DNA of 64,000 nt from Candidatus Bathyarchaeota archaeon (GCA_963717465.1 OY970340.1:1600001-1664000), one strand, 5' to 3'; numbered from the stretch's first letter, positions 1 to 10,970 are shown. Program-made: numbers and translations. The notes: a model not told the origin generated them from the letters alone.

Positions 1-1257
1 AGCGATGCCACCTAGAACTGTAACTACTGGAATATAGCGTCTAAGGATTAACTCGATCGGCTTTCCTGATCGCCTGTAACCAGGGATTTGCATTCCTGAA
101 TCCATTAGTTGCTGTGCAACTTTTGCTGGTCCAAGACCCCCGACTTCAAGCCAAACAAGCGAGAAAACTGCGCAGAATATTATCAAAATTACTATGTATA
201 CTAAGGCTCTTAACGGGTCCTCCCCTACAAGGAAGATGTTATTCGGAGCTGTCACGTAGTAAGCAAGACCACCAACAGGAGTTACAGAGGTACTGTTGGC
301 AGGTATAATGTATTGTCCAAAAATGTTCGTGAGCATGTTTGCTCCAGGAGCTGGTTTACCTTGAGTACTCCAAAGGATTTGTGAGAAGAAGTAGACATTT
401 GCGAACAGTGCAGAAGCAAAAATAACAGGTAAGTTTGAAACGTACAATAGTTTAATTGGATACCTGCTACGGAAGCCTTTGTATCCCGCGTATGTCATCG
501 GGAGTTCCACTCTGACACCGTTTAAGTAAATGCAGATTGCGAAAATTACGAGGGTAGCTGTGAAACCGAGCAGTGACGGATAAGTCCCAGAAGCTTCCCC
601 GAATACCCATTGAAAGCTACTTTGTGCGCCACTTAAGAATGTAGAAAGAGAACCTACAAACAAGCCGTTTTGGGGTGAAAACATATCCCAGAGAATAGTT
701 TGTGCTACTCCCGCCATAATGAATAAGCTTATGCCACTGCCTATACCCCAGCCTTTCTGCACAAGCTCATCCATTAACATGACAATCATGCCCGCGCCTA
801 ATAACTGCAAGAAGATAATCACTGATGTTGTTGCCCCTATAGAGCCGTATATGCCGCTTACAAGGTAAGCTATAGATTGGATTGCCGTGAACATTATTGA
901 AAAGACTTTGCTTGCAGAAGTGAACAATCCTCTGTCTTCTGCACTTGACATGTCACATTTTATTATCGAAGAACCAACTAGCAACTGGAGAATCAGACCT
1001 GCGGTAACTATTGGCCCAATGCCCAGTTGCATTAGAGTTCCACTGTTTGAAGCAAAAATAACTCTCAAAGCGTTAAATTGACTGGCTGCTGATGAACTGA
1101 TACCGTAAAGTGGAATTTCAGTCATAACCAAATAAACAACTAATACGATACCGGTCCAGAAGATTTTCTCGTTGAAGCTGACTTTGCGTTGAGGCTTCTT
1201 GATTTCAGGCAAGACTCTGCCTATTGGTTTAAATAAACTGAGAAATCTTCCAGCCAT
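1..1257 (-). CDS. secY: Preprotein translocase subunit SecY (3' end runs off the window)
   Basis: My translation from the ATG at 1257: MAGRFLSLFKPIGRVLPEIKKPQRKVSFNEKIFWTG...GTLMQLGIGPIVTAGLILQLL, the archaeal SecY signature. Lies directly downstream of rpl15. Confidence 0.95.
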   Translation of the reverse strand, partial: MAGRFLSLFKPIGRVLPEIKKPQRKVSFNEKIFWTGIVLVVYLVMTEIPLYGISSSAASQFNALRVIFASNSGTLMQLGIGPIVTAGLILQLLVGSSIIKCDMSSAEDRGLFTSASKVFSIMFTAIQSIAYLVSGIYGSIGATTSVIIFLQLLGAGMIVMLMDELVQKGWGIGSGISLFIMAGVAQTILWDMFSPQNGLFVGSLSTFLSGAQSSFQWVFGEASGTYPSLLGFTATLVIFAICIYLNGVRVELPMTYAGYKGFRSRYPIKLLYVSNLPVIFASALFANVYFFSQILWSTQGKPAPGANMLTNIFGQYIIPANSTSVTPVGGLAYYVTAPNNIFLVGEDPLRALVYIVILIIFCAVFSLVWLEVGGLGPAKVAQQLMDSGMQIPGYRRSGKPIELILRRYIPVVTVLGGIA

Positions 1258-1266
1258 CGGACGAGC

Positions 1267-1695
1267 TTACTCCCCATTATTCTTGGAAGTAATTATGATT
1301 TTTCCGCCTGCTTGCTGGATTTTTTCTTGGGCTGTTTTAGATGCTGATAACACTGTTACGCTTAGTGGCTTGTCTATTTTTCCTGTTCCTAAAAGCTTTG
1401 TATATCCTAGACTTGTTAGGTCAATGACGTTTTTTCCGTCTTTTTCTGCGGGCATAAGCTCATTTAGTTTCTGAAGGTTGATGGGATTATTTTTTGTTTT
1501 AAGGCTTTTTGGTGAGGTGAAACCGCTTTTGCCGAAGTAGTCAGGTTCATACGTGGAGACGTAACTCCATAGATGCTTGTGTCGTCCGACTTTTCGGTGA
1601 CCTTTGGAGCCACTGTCACGGTGTTGGCCTATTCTTCCATAGCCTACTGTTCGTGAACCTCTCTTTTTCCGGATTTTTCTGAGTTTGTGAGGCAT
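1267..1695 (-). CDS. rpl15: 50S ribosomal protein uL15
   Basis: RKKRGSRTVGYGRIGQHR and KLLGTG motifs; adjacent to secY. Confidence 0.96.
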   Translation of the reverse strand: MPHKLRKIRKKRGSRTVGYGRIGQHRDSGSKGHRKVGRHKHLWSYVSTYEPDYFGKSGFTSPKSLKTKNNPINLQKLNELMPAEKDGKNVIDLTSLGYTKLLGTGKIDKPLSVTVLSASKTAQEKIQQAGGKIIITSKNNGE

Positions 1696-1700
1696 TTTTT

Positions 1701-2141
1701 TCAGCTTCTTTCTATTGTTTGTTCGCTTTGTGCTTTTTTAAGCTTAATCTCTAGCACACCGTTCTTGAATGTAGTGTGCATGATGTTGGGAATCACTACC
1801 TTTGGAAGATTTAAACTTTTATAGTATCTACGCTCTTTAGATTTTGCTGACAGCGTAATTTTCTGGTCTTTCACATTTATTTTGAGGGTTTCCTTATTAA
1901 AGCCTACTATTTCAGCTACGATAGTAATCCAATTCCCCTCTTGGAAAATGTCAATCAAGGGTTTTGGTTCTTTGAATTTTTTTTTCGTGTTTAACGTGGG
2001 TGGGTGAAAAGTTTGCGTGCGAGTAGATTTTATTGACTTAGTCTCTATTTTAAGTATTTTTGATTTTTTCGGTCTAATTTCAATGTTGTTTAAGTCTAGC
2101 CATTTTCTATTTTTTTTAGTTCTTCTCCATTTCGCACTCAA
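1701..2141 (-). CDS. Hsp20/alpha-crystallin family protein
   Basis: C-terminal alpha-crystallin domain (EPLIDIF-like, YYKSLNLP, FKNGVLEIKLKK); basic N-terminus; start uncertain. Confidence 0.8.
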   Translation of the reverse strand: MSAKWRRTKKNRKWLDLNNIEIRPKKSKILKIETKSIKSTRTQTFHPPTLNTKKKFKEPKPLIDIFQEGNWITIVAEIVGFNKETLKINVKDQKITLSAKSKERRYYKSLNLPKVVIPNIMHTTFKNGVLEIKLKKAQSEQTIERS

Positions 2142-2387
2142 ATACTTCCCCTCCGATTACTAACGCAGATTTCATTGTGATTATTAAAATGTATCGCAAA
2201 TAAAACCAGAGAATACGGGCATTGCTTTGAAGCTAAATCCCATTAGAAAAAGGTTACAGCTTTGTTGCCTAATTTATCGCCTGTTTTCTTGATCAAAGCT
2301 TCCTTTTTAGGCATCTCTTCAGTTTAACAAAATTAGGCAATTATACCTAAAAACTGACGCGTAATCGCTGGCTTAAAATGGGGTTAG

Positions 2388-3821
2388 TTACCTAATCTTT
2401 CGGTCGACCAATTTCCCATTTGCATCAAACAATGTTATGTCCAAAGGCATTTCTCTAACCGCGTGGGTTGCACAGCTTAAACATGGGTCAAAAGCGCGGA
2501 TTACCGCTTCAACCCTGTTAAGCATGCCTTCCTGCAGCTGTTTTGCATTTACGTATTTTTTCGCCACTTGAGTAACAGCCTGATTATAGGCGAGATTGTT
2601 GTGTTCAGTGGCGATAATCATGTTGTTCCAAAGTACAATGCCTTGAGAGTCAACCTTATAATGGTGAATCAGAGTTCCTCTTGGAGCTTCAGCCACTCCG
2701 ATGCCTTCAAAATTGTTCACTAAAGCCTTTGAGGCCACGTGTTCTGACAGGATTTCTGGATCTTCAAGCAGACGTTTTGCCGTCTCCAAACAGAACAGCA
2801 ATTCAATTAATCGAGCATAATGATAGTGAAACGTGTTCTGCACAGGGCCGTTTTTTCCAAGCTTCTTAAATTCCAGTAATTCCTTATCAGCAAGCGGAGT
2901 ACCGCAGCTTGAAACAACGTTTAAACGTGCAAGCGGTCCAACACGGTAGCATCCCTGTGGATAACCTAATGGTTTGTAATACGGAAACTTCATGAAGGAC
3001 CAGGGTTCAACTGCTTCACCAATGTACTCAAAGTATTTTTCTGGCTCAAGCTGGTCAGCAATGATTTTGCCGTTCTCGTCCAAAAAACGAATTTTTCCGT
3101 CATAGTGTTCAAGCTCACCGTTGAGCGTGACCAGACCCATGTACAGCGATGGAAAATTCCCGAAATTTTCAATTTCTTCAGAGTGATCATCCAGCCAAGA
3201 TTTGTATAGCGCCAACGCACTGTTTGCGATATCCATAGCTTCAGGTAGATTAGCCAAAAGGAAAGCAACATTTTCTTTTGATAAAGGCCATTTCGCTCCA
3301 CCCGGTAGAATCCATTCGCTTGAATGAATCTTTTTTCCTGCGACTTTTTCGATTATTTCTTGGCCGAACTTTCGCAGTTTTATTCCCTGCAATGCCAAAT
3401 CAGGTTTTTTCTCAATCAAGCCAAAAATGTTTCTATGAGCTGGGTCAGAATCAATTCCTAAAAGCAAATCTGGGCCTGAAAGATGGTAAAAGTTTAGGGC
3501 ATGTGATTGAATTAGTTGCCCCATATGCATTAAACGCCGAAGCATCGTTGTAGTTTTCGGTGGGGTAACCCCGACTATTGCGTCGCATGCTTTGGCTGAA
3601 GCTAACAGATGGCTAACTGGGCAGATTCCACATGCCCTTGATGTTATACTGGGCATTTCGTAGAATGGTCTGCCTTCAGTGAATTTTTCAAATCCTCGAA
3701 AATCAACCACTTTAAAATGTGCTTCGTGAACGGAGCCATCTTCATTTAGCATTATGGAGACTTGTGCATGACCTTCGATTCGGGTTATTGGGTTGATTAT
3801 TACTTCTTTTTCTTTAACCAT
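2388..3821 (-). CDS. hoxH: [NiFe]-hydrogenase large subunit, group 3d (HoxH)
   Basis: TRIEGH, L1 motif RACGIC, L2 motif [10 protein letters not shown]-terminal extension for maturation cleavage; last gene of the hox operon. Confidence 0.92.
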   Translation of the reverse strand: MVKEKEVIINPITRIEGHAQVSIMLNEDGSVHEAHFKVVDFRGFEKFTEGRPFYEMPSITSRACGICPVSHLLASAKACDAIVGVTPPKTTTMLRRLMHMGQLIQSHALNFYHLSGPDLLLGIDSDPAHRNIFGLIEKKPDLALQGIKLRKFGQEIIEKVAGKKIHSSEWILPGGAKWPLSKENVAFLLANLPEAMDIANSALALYKSWLDDHSEEIENFGNFPSLYMGLVTLNGELEHYDGKIRFLDENGKIIADQLEPEKYFEYIGEAVEPWSFMKFPYYKPLGYPQGCYRVGPLARLNVVSSCGTPLADKELLEFKKLGKNGPVQNTFHYHYARLIELLFCLETAKRLLEDPEILSEHVASKALVNNFEGIGVAEAPRGTLIHHYKVDSQGIVLWNNMIIATEHNNLAYNQAVTQVAKKYVNAKQLQEGMLNRVEAVIRAFDPCLSCATHAVREMPLDITLFDANGKLVDRKIR

Positions 3822-4347
3822 ATTTTGACTTGTCCTCCATGTTTGGTGTTTTCCCAGCTAACAATTCAGTCAGCACGTAGCAAATCAGGTCTGCCGATGG
3901 TGGACAGCCAGGAATAAAATAGTCTACTTTAACTTCTTCATGAAGCGGGCGTGCCTTAGGCAAAAGTTTTGGCACTTCTGTTGGCAATTGAGCATTGAAA
4001 TTTGATTTATCAATAAAAGCGCGCTCTAAAATAGCTTGGTCACTGTGATGCCATGCATTTCTAAGAGCCGTCACATTGCCGGTGACTGCGCAGTCGCCGA
4101 GTGAGATCAAAATTTTTGTTCGAGATCTTGCCTTCTTGAGCAATGTTGATTGATCTTGATTTGCAACGGCTCCTTCAATTAGAGCAATGGTGGTGTTTTC
4201 TGGAAATTCTTTAATGTCAACAATCGGACTGCATACAAGCTCTATTTTCTGTGCAAGCGTTATGAGTCGTTCGTCTTGGTCTAAGAAGGACATGTGGCAG
4301 CCTGAACAGCCGCTTAGCCAAATCGTGGCTACTTTTGCTTTTGCCAT
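3814..4347 (-). CDS. hoxY: [NiFe]-hydrogenase small subunit HoxY
   Basis: Short (177 aa) small subunit with GCSGCHMS, GDCA and PGCPP motifs. Confidence 0.9.
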   Translation of the reverse strand: MAKAKVATIWLSGCSGCHMSFLDQDERLITLAQKIELVCSPIVDIKEFPENTTIALIEGAVANQDQSTLLKKARSRTKILISLGDCAVTGNVTALRNAWHHSDQAILERAFIDKSNFNAQLPTEVPKLLPKARPLHEEVKVDYFIPGCPPSADLICYVLTELLAGKTPNMEDKSKYG

Positions 4348-4349
4348 TG

Positions 4350-5057
4350 CTATTTGTGTTGCCTCCGTGAAATGATGAATTGTGCGATGCTGCTTTGTTT
4401 GGTGTGATCGATGGGTTCACCTTCGATGTATATGGCTCCGACTGGGCAGACTTTAGCGCATTTTCTGCAGCTTGTGCAGGAGTGTGCCTTGGCCCATGGT
4501 TCATCTAAATCCATAATTACTTCAGAGTTTTTTCCGCGTAATTTCAAATCCAAAGTGTGAACTCCTTCAATCTGGTCGCAGACTCGGATGCATCTCGTGC
4601 ATAAGATGCACCTATTTCGATCTATCACCAGAAAGTCATGGGTTGAATCGATTTCTTCACTTGTCCATTGTCGCTCAAACATCACGTGATCCACGCCATG
4701 CTTATTTGCTAAGGCTTGAAGCTCACAATGATCATTAGCCACGCATACAGGGCAGATGTGAGTTCGCTCAGAAAGAAGCAGTTGCAGTGACATTTTGCGG
4801 TATTCTTTCAGTTTTTCGGATTTGGTCGTGACCTCCATTCCTGTGCTGACAGGCGTGGTGCAAGAGGGAAAAAGTTTTGGTGAACCTCGAATTTCCACAA
4901 GACACATCCGGCATCCACCGAAACTTTTTAGGCCTTCAAGGTTGCAAATCGTCGGGATTATTATGCCGTAGCTTTTGGCTGCCTCCAGAATAGAAGTGCC
5001 TTCGGGAACGTTGACTTCGACGCCGTCAATTTTCAGTTTCACGTTTGGTTCACTCAT
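4350..5057 (-). CDS. hoxU: Diaphorase Fe-S subunit HoxU (like the NuoG N-terminus)
   Basis: 2Fe-2S motif (PTIC...GGCRMC...C), HxCxxC...C, CILCTRC and CTSCRKC...CP. Probable start ATG 5057 (MSEPNVK). Confidence 0.9.
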   Translation of the reverse strand: MSEPNVKLKIDGVEVNVPEGTSILEAAKSYGIIIPTICNLEGLKSFGGCRMCLVEIRGSPKLFPSCTTPVSTGMEVTTKSEKLKEYRKMSLQLLLSERTHICPVCVANDHCELQALANKHGVDHVMFERQWTSEEIDSTHDFLVIDRNRCILCTRCIRVCDQIEGVHTLDLKLRGKNSEVIMDLDEPWAKAHSCTSCRKCAKVCPVGAIYIEGEPIDHTKQSSIAQFIISRRQHK

Positions 5058-6702
5058 TTTGATTTGTCTCCTCTTCGCTGAAGCATATGCCTGCCTCACA
5101 CTTTTTTTCCGCGATATGCGTGAGATATTCATCCTTGAAGTACCGTAAAGTCGTAATAACCGGATTAGGGGCTGTTTGACCTAGACCACACAGGCTTGCT
5201 TCTCTAATGTAAATGCTTGATTTCTCCAACAGAGAGATATCACCCAATGTGCCCGCGCCATGAGTTATCCGATCAAAAACATCTAAAACTTTGCTTAGAC
5301 CTACTCTGCAAGGTTGACATTTGCCGCATGATTCTTCAACGCCGAATTCTGTAAAAAAGCGTGCCGTGTCTACCATGCATGAATCTTGGTCGAGTACGAC
5401 AATTCCGCCTGAACCCATGATTGCCCCGACTTTCATGAGTGAGTCATAGTCAACTGATGACTCCAGGAGAATTTCAGGTAGGCATCCGCCCGATGGACCG
5501 CCGACAAGAACGGCTTTGAATTCTTTGCCGTCTGGAACGCCTCCGCCGATATCGAACACTATTTCTCTTAGCGAGATGCCCATTGGAACTTCAATTAACC
5601 CTGGATTGTTTACTTTTCCCGTCAGGGAGAAGCATTTAGTTCCCGTGCATTTTGGCGTGCCAATTTTTGCGAACCATTGACCGCCATTATGAACAATTAG
5701 CGGAATATTCGCTAACGTTTCAACATTTTGGATTAGCGTCGGTTTATTCCAAAGCCCCGAGTTAGCTGGGTACGGTGGACGAGGCCTTGGTATTGCTCTA
5801 CGCCCTTCCACTGAGGCCAAAATAGCGGTCTCTTCTCCGGCTACAAATGCGCCTGCGCCAAGCCGCAGTTCTAGATCAAACTTAAAGTCCGTCTCAAGAA
5901 TATTATCGCCTACAAGTGACATGCTTTTTGCTTGAGCTAACGCTTTAAGAATGGTTTGGATAGCCACTGCGTATTCAGCTCTAATGTAAAGGTAGCCTTT
6001 TTCTGCACCTAACGCATAAGCAGCGATCAGCATGCCTTCAATAATCGCGTGCGGGTCAGCTTCCGCGAGAGTGCGGTTAGCGAAAACTCCTGGGTCGCCT
6101 TCATCCAAATTAGCAACAATGTACTTTGGATTATCATGTGCTCGTGCAACCAATTCCCATTTTTGACCAGTTGGAAACCCTGCGCCGCCTCTACCTCTTA
6201 ACCCGCTAATTGTCACTTCATTTATGACGTCTTGGGGACTCATTGAGGTTAAGCATTTGGCGAAGGCTGAGTATCCGCCGACTTCAATGTAGTTCTGAAT
6301 TCGCGAAGGGTCAATTTTGCCCGCGTTTCGCAAGACTAGCCTACGCTGTTTTTTGAAATAAGCTTCGTTTTTATAGAGTAATTCTTTAACGGGTAAACCT
6401 AAAACGACGTGGTCGCGAACGATCTGTTTTGCTTTTTCAGGAGTTACAGTTTGATACAAGTAATCGCCTGGCTCCACAGTTACTGCTGGACCTACCGAGC
6501 AGGTGCCTATGCATCCAGTTCGGGCGACCTTGCATTCCTTTTCAACACCCAATTCCTTCACGGCATCTTCAAATGCCTTTAAAACTTTCAGGGCGCCAAA
6601 AGGAATACAGCCACTTGAACAGCAAACATTTATTTTGTACCTGTAAGCGTCTTCAAAATCAAGTTCGTTTTCAGCGATTCTTTGCAGGTCGGACAGCTTC
6701 AT
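5050..6702 (-). CDS. hoxF: Diaphorase NAD/FMN-binding subunit HoxF (NuoF-like)
   Basis: GLRGRGGAGFPTG, DEGDPG, GAFVAGEET and ESCGKCQPCR motifs; N-terminal thioredoxin-like 2Fe-2S domain. Confidence 0.92.
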   Translation of the reverse strand: MKLSDLQRIAENELDFEDAYRYKINVCCSSGCIPFGALKVLKAFEDAVKELGVEKECKVARTGCIGTCSVGPAVTVEPGDYLYQTVTPEKAKQIVRDHVVLGLPVKELLYKNEAYFKKQRRLVLRNAGKIDPSRIQNYIEVGGYSAFAKCLTSMSPQDVINEVTISGLRGRGGAGFPTGQKWELVARAHDNPKYIVANLDEGDPGVFANRTLAEADPHAIIEGMLIAAYALGAEKGYLYIRAEYAVAIQTILKALAQAKSMSLVGDNILETDFKFDLELRLGAGAFVAGEETAILASVEGRRAIPRPRPPYPANSGLWNKPTLIQNVETLANIPLIVHNGGQWFAKIGTPKCTGTKCFSLTGKVNNPGLIEVPMGISLREIVFDIGGGVPDGKEFKAVLVGGPSGGCLPEILLESSVDYDSLMKVGAIMGSGGIVVLDQDSCMVDTARFFTEFGVEESCGKCQPCRVGLSKVLDVFDRITHGAGTLGDISLLEKSSIYIREASLCGLGQTAPNPVITTLRYFKDEYLTHIAEKKCEAGICFSEEETNQNE

Positions 6703-7181
6703 TCTTCATTCCTTCCAAGTGCAATCTTAATCTTTTGGATGACTTCTTGACTGGTGGCTTTACCAATAACCTCATCATCTACTGCAATGTTTGGAGCCAT
6801 GGCACAGGCACCGATACAACGAGAAATAAGCAGGGAAAGCTTGCCATCCGACGTTGAACCGCCTCTTTTAACATTAAACTCATGTTCAACTGACTCAACG
6901 ACCCTTTCAACGCCTTTCACATAGCAAGCAGTGCCCAAGCAAACTGTTACCGTGTGCTGACCAGGCTTTAACAGCTTAAAGTAGTTGTAGAAGGTTGCGA
7001 CTCCGTAAACATGGCTCGCTGGAATGTTCAAAGTGTCCGAAATATCCGTCAACAAATCCTTATCCAAATACCCGTAGATCTCTTGGGCGCGATGAAGAAT
7101 TTCTAAAAGAGCGCTCTCGCTGTAATCGTGTTCCATAAAAACTTTTTCAAGCATAACTCGACGATTGTCGGCTTTCGCCAA
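6699..7181 (-). CDS. hoxE: HoxE (NuoE-like 2Fe-2S subunit)
   Basis: GVATFY, VCLGTAC and CIGACAMAP motifs. Confidence 0.9.
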   Translation of the reverse strand: MAKADNRRVMLEKVFMEHDYSESALLEILHRAQEIYGYLDKDLLTDISDTLNIPASHVYGVATFYNYFKLLKPGQHTVTVCLGTACYVKGVERVVESVEHEFNVKRGGSTSDGKLSLLISRCIGACAMAPNIAVDDEVIGKATSQEVIQKIKIALGRNEE

Positions 7182-7438
7182 AAAAATAAGCCTCTAATAA
7201 CTACTAGATGTTTTGCTTAAAGAGTATAAAAATATGATGAAAATGCTTTTTCGCATAGCTATTTTTTTAACGAGTTTTAAGGCTGCTTAAGCTTTAGTAA
7301 CAACGACCAGTCTATTTTCGACTGTTAATCGGCGAGCAGGAGTCTTAAGCATAACATCGATTCCTTTATCTCTGCATGACCATAATAACGATTAAGATAT
7401 TAAGAAATAGCGTGCAATTATCTCGCGAGGATGTATCT

Positions 7439-8663
7439 TTGAAGTATGTAGATTATGTTGATTTAAATTATAAGCCGAAGGAAACTGACTTAATCTGCAC
7501 TTTCAGTGTAGAACCAAAAGGGATTAGCCTTAAGGAAGCTGCTGGTGCAGTGGCGGCTGAAAGTTCAATTGGTACATGGACTGAACTTTCAACTTCAAAA
7601 CCATACGTCAACGCGTTAGCAGCCCATGTTTTCAGCATCCGAAAAAACAAGATAAAAATAGCCTATCCAATCGAGTTGTTTGAGCAGGCTAATATGCCTA
7701 ACATTTTAAGTAGCGTCGCAGGCAACGTTTTCGGGTTAAAAGCCCTTGAAAACCTAAAATTACTCGACATACAACTCCCCCTGAAACTGGCAGACAGCTT
7801 TAAGGGACCAAAGTTTGGCATTGCAGGGATTCGTGAGCTCTTGAAAGTTCCCAGGCGTCCACTTGTGGGAACAATAATTAAGCCTAAACTTGGCTTAAAA
7901 ACGAAGGACCACGCGCGAGGTGGCTTATGAGGCTTGGAGTGGAGGATGCGACATCGTTAAGGATGACGAAAATCTAAGCAGCCAAAAATTCAATCCGTTT
8001 GAAGACCGTCTTGTGCAGACCTTGGAGAGCCGAGACAAAGCGGAACAAGAGACAGGTGAACGCAAAGTCTACATGATTAACGTTACTGCTGAAACACAAA
8101 CCATGCTTAAGCGTGCTCAACTTGTCCTTGACAGCGGGGGTGAATATGTTATGGTTGACATTTTAACTTGCGGTTGGTCAGCGCTTCAAACCTTAAAAGA
8201 TCAGAACTTTAAACTTGTTATTCACGCTCACAGGGCAGGACACGCAGCTTTCACGAAGAACCCGTTGCATGGAATTGCTATGCGCCCAATCGCCACTGTT
8301 GCAAGAATTATCGGCGTGGATCAGCTTCATGTAGGCACGGTTGTTGGTAAAATGTCTGAGACTAAAAGTGAGGTTCAAGAAAACATTGATGCTTGCAAGA
8401 TCAAGTTGGGAGGCATTAAGCCTGTGTTGCCTGTTGCCTCAGGTGGATTGTACCCGCAGCTGGTTCCTGCTCTGATGGAAACTTTTGGTGAAGATTTTGT
8501 GATTCAAGCAGGCGGCGGTATCCACGGACATCCGGATGGGACAGTTGCTGGAGCCAAGGCAATGCGACAAGCAGTAGATGCGGTTCTGAATGGTTTAACC
8601 TTAGAAGAATATGCCAAGTCGCACAAAGAATTGAAAGCTGCACTTAAACAGTGGCCAAGCTAA
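7439..8663 (+). CDS. rbcL: Form III RuBisCO large subunit (one apparent +1 frameshift near 7915)
   Basis: AAESSIGTWT and GTIIKPKLGL in ORF 7376-7930; KDDENL, HAHRAGH, DQLHVGT, PVASGG and QAGGGIHGHP in ORF 7920-8663. Removing one base gives ...DHAEVAYEAW. Probable TTG start at 7439. Confidence 0.9.
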
Positions 8664-9262
8664 TTCTGTTTGAAAACTTCACGAGGTAATTCTGATCGTT
8701 ATTAGTAAAACTTGCAAAAAGCGCAGTAAAAGTGATTTTTTTAAATAAGAATCTGCTTGAATTACGACTCTTTGAGCTAAAACTCGAAGGATACGGCTTT
8801 ACGCTTAAAGAGATTGTTGCAAAAACATACATGAAATTCGCGTGACAGAGGGCTACCGCTTATTGAGAGCTTGCTCACTGTGTTAGATGGTAGCTTATGC
8901 TGCAGGAATTCGTTGAGGTGTTGTTGAAGGCTGAGAATTGCCTCTCGCGGGTTAGACATGGCAATAGGTAACCTTAATGAGTATTGACAACGAGGACGCC
9001 CGGAAACATCGACGAAATGAGCTTCAGGAATACTCTGAGAATCTCGGAAAACCCGCGAATAGCATGGGAAATCTCGGAAATCCAAAATCAGAGGGTTGAC
9101 CGCATGGTTGGAGACACCGTTCAACCTTCTATGTGCATAGGCAGTATATTATGAGGGTTGACTTGGCAAAGCTTCACGGTGCTGAGGGTTAGGTTTACAT
9201 TCGCGTTTAAATTTCATGCGAAAAACTAAGAAATATAAGGAAAGCGATTGTGCTCGCCTTTT

Positions 9263-9961
9263 TTATGGAAGCATTTTTTCTCTTCTAATCAGCCTGCTTG
9301 ACAAAATCAAAAGCACAATTGATAACGCACCAACTACGCCGGCAATAAGCAGCTCAATTAAGACACCGGTAAAAAACGGTAAAATAGCCGCAAGTAAGAG
9401 AGTGAGAGCGATAATCGGCATGCCAAGCGTTAAAGCAAGAGGACTATTTGCGCCTACTCTCTGCTTTAGCAACGAGCTGAAATCAACCATAGCGACTGTA
9501 ACAAATGAAACGACTGAGAAACCTAATGCGGCGGTAACAGCTGACACCACTAAACTTAAAATGAGGGTAACCGATGTTCCTATAACCACACTTACTGCAA
9601 CATTGACGGCTAATTCGTAAATAAAAATAGTAAGCGCCAAGAAGAGCGCGGCTTCTAAGTAGCGCTTAAAGATGTCGTGTTGATTCCAACCAAGCGAAAG
9701 CAAGTACTCCAAAACCCCGTTGTTTTTGTCATAAACATACAGCAAAATAATAGGGATTGAGGAAAGAAGAATTCCCTCAGCCATAAGAGAAACAGAAAAG
9801 AGCGCGGCTTGGCCATTTGCAAGGACAAGCCCATTTATAGTTAAATGGTTGCCGGCGTTAAATAACAAGATCCCGGCAGAAGCAATGACAATCCCCATTA
9901 CAAATTGTATTTTGCTTAAACTGAGGCTTCGCTTGGCAAAAATCAAAGCATTATTAGGCAA
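9263..9961 (-). CDS. ABC-2 type permease-like membrane protein
   Basis: Multiple TM segments, YDKNNGVLEYLLS motif; overlaps the stop of the ABC ATPase. Confidence 0.7.
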   Translation of the reverse strand: MPNNALIFAKRSLSLSKIQFVMGIVIASAGILLFNAGNHLTINGLVLANGQAALFSVSLMAEGILLSSIPIILLYVYDKNNGVLEYLLSLGWNQHDIFKRYLEAALFLALTIFIYELAVNVAVSVVIGTSVTLILSLVVSAVTAALGFSVVSFVTVAMVDFSSLLKQRVGANSPLALTLGMPIIALTLLLAAILPFFTGVLIELLIAGVVGALSIVLLILSSRLIRREKMLP

Positions 9962-10841
9962 CTTGCTGTGACTCCTTTTGTGTTTTTTCTACGTTTACGT
10001 TTGGTGTCTCGAAAAGTTCTTGCAATGGATTATCTAGCTGGCGCATTTCAGTGACTAAAATACCATTTTCGACCAGTTTTTTCAAAGCAAGCCCTGCGTC
10101 CTCAGGGCTAGATACATTCAAAACAAAGTAATCGCCCTCACGTTGGGCATCAACAATCTTAGATATGTCCGTTGAGGCTTTGATACCTACTCGGTATTGT
10201 TTAGGTTTAATGTTTGAGATCTTATCAAAAAATGTTACGGAACCATTTTTGATTAAAATCAGGTAAGTGCCAATGTCCGTTGCTTCATAGAGGTTATGTG
10301 AAGAGTACAGAATCATTTTATCCTTACTTAATTTTAGAATGATATCTCGAATTTCCTTTGAAACTGCTGGGTCTAAATTCGCGGTGGGTTCATCCAGCAA
10401 ATACAAATCTCTTTCGCACAGAAACACCTTTGCGATGGCAGCTCGCTTCTTTTGTCCTTGCGAAAGGTCAGAGAAACGCTTATTTTTCAGTTGGTCAAGG
10501 TCCAGCAAATCAATCGCGTTATCAGGATCGCCACCTTCCATATCAGCGTAAAACTTCAATGCGTTAAATACCGTCATCTCTTCAGGCATCGCATTTTGCG
10601 AGAAGAAGCTCATTCTTTTTCTGGCTTCACGCGAGTTAGTTATGTTTTGGCCATCAAGAAGAATTTCGCCGCTGAATGGCTCTAATACGCCTGCGATTGT
10701 TCTAAACAATGTTGTCTTGCCTGCGCCGTTTGGCCCTAAAACAACGTATATTGATGGCTCTTTCAGTTTAAAGCTGATATCGTGTAAAATGGCTTGCCCG
10801 TTGTAACCAGAAGTTATGTTATTCAATTCCAAAGTATGCAT
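9954..10841 (-). CDS. ABC transporter ATP-binding protein
   Basis: Walker A GPNGAGKT, signature LSQGQ, Walker B LLDEP. Confidence 0.92.
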   Translation of the reverse strand: MHTLELNNITSGYNGQAILHDISFKLKEPSIYVVLGPNGAGKTTLFRTIAGVLEPFSGEILLDGQNITNSREARKRMSFFSQNAMPEEMTVFNALKFYADMEGGDPDNAIDLLDLDQLKNKRFSDLSQGQKKRAAIAKVFLCERDLYLLDEPTANLDPAVSKEIRDIILKLSKDKMILYSSHNLYEATDIGTYLILIKNGSVTFFDKISNIKPKQYRVGIKASTDISKIVDAQREGDYFVLNVSSPEDAGLALKKLVENGILVTEMRQLDNPLQELFETPNVNVEKTQKESQQVA

Positions 10842-10970
10842 TTTTATTCACCTTTTTTTTGATTTCATAATCCGAATCAGCTCTACCCTGCTTGTTTTGC
10901 TCATCGCGCGCGATGCTCATTATCGCACCACTTTTCTGGCGACAATTATAACGCGCGCACTAATCCCTTA

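Noticed and set aside
114..1474. Plus-strand ORFs 114-308, 887-1081 and 1199-1474, and the many similar short antisense ORFs across the window
   Set aside because: They are shadows of well-supported genes on the opposite strand or in another frame.
2388..3821. Calling the hydrogenase MvhA, the usual partner of Hdr
   Set aside because: Its operon has NuoE/F/G-like diaphorase genes and a short HoxY-type small subunit, which fits Hox.
7376..8663. Two separate genes, a RuBisCO-like protein (form IV), or a programmed frameshift
   Set aside because: One base correction restores a single protein with the form III catalytic motifs, and there is no slippery sequence at the junction.
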